In this document: positions 63,568-64,000 of the stretch, piece after piece
How positions within the stretch are numbered: position 1 is the stretch's first letter
How the letters are laid out: each line of letters starts with the position of its first letter
DNA from: Eledone cirrhosa
Taxonomy: Eukaryota
Reading direction: 5' to 3'
NCBI GenBank assembly: GCA_964016885.1
Contig: OZ024740.1
Location: forward strand, 73,904,001 to 73,968,000
Length of the DNA stretch: 64,000 nt
The notes under the pieces: generated by a model
Database searches by the model: none
Told to the model about the DNA's origin: nothing
What the model saw: only the letters and a program-made list of their open reading frames with translations
Made by a program: the position numbers and the translations under genes

Positions 63568-64000
63568 GACAAGATATCTACCCCAGAGCGTTCAATAACT
63601 GGGTAAGTTATTGGGAAAACGGAAGAGGGAGGGAAGGAAAATAGAAGGGAAAAAAGGGAAAAAAAGAGAAAAACAGCGAAAAAACAACAAATCGAGGAAT
63701 GTGCAAGCAACCTAAGGTAAGAAAATCCAAGACCTCAGCGATAACAGAACTTTAGTTCAAGAGCATGTGGGCGAACGAAAAGACATGTCTGACCCCAGCG
63801 AGTGTAAGTGAGAAAAGGACTGCTAGAGGGTCAGGCGAGGGAAACACTGAGGTGGCTGGAAGATTTCAGCCAACCCTCGTATACCTATATATTCGCAATG
63901 TAATAGTTTTCCTAATACTTTCTTAATCACATATCTCACAATACTTCATATAAAATGTCTTCATATATATATAAATATATATATATGTATATTAGTATTC

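Overview
AT-rich, microsatellite-laden eukaryotic DNA. The repeat content (tRNA-derived SINEs with RTE-type (GAT)n tails, RTE LINEs) suggests an octopod cephalopod, but this is inference only. One host gene is visible on the + strand: five GT-AG exons (18782-31973) splice in frame to a six-ankyrin-repeat IkB-family protein most like Bcl-3; its 5' exon(s) were not found. The rest is transposon-derived: a full-length Gypsy element with near-identical LTRs but broken ORFs, a non-coding LTR element with the same tRNA-Trp primer site, R4/Dong-like, CRE-like, CR1/L2-like, Tx1-like and RTE LINEs (the RTE carries a PHD finger inside its RT region), DD37D maT, Tc1/mariner and hATm remnants, a Helitron-like element and many SINEs. 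The main unannotated signal is a set of minimal type I hammerhead ribozyme motifs (CUGANGA-stem II-GAAA-palindromic helix III-NUH). Four have an intact core, three carry one core substitution and several are degenerate. They belong to several unrelated sequence families, mostly short Penelope-like fragments near (TA)n arrays, and one lies sense-oriented about 280 nt upstream of a Bcl-3-like exon. All calls are by eye; no searches or folding programs were run.
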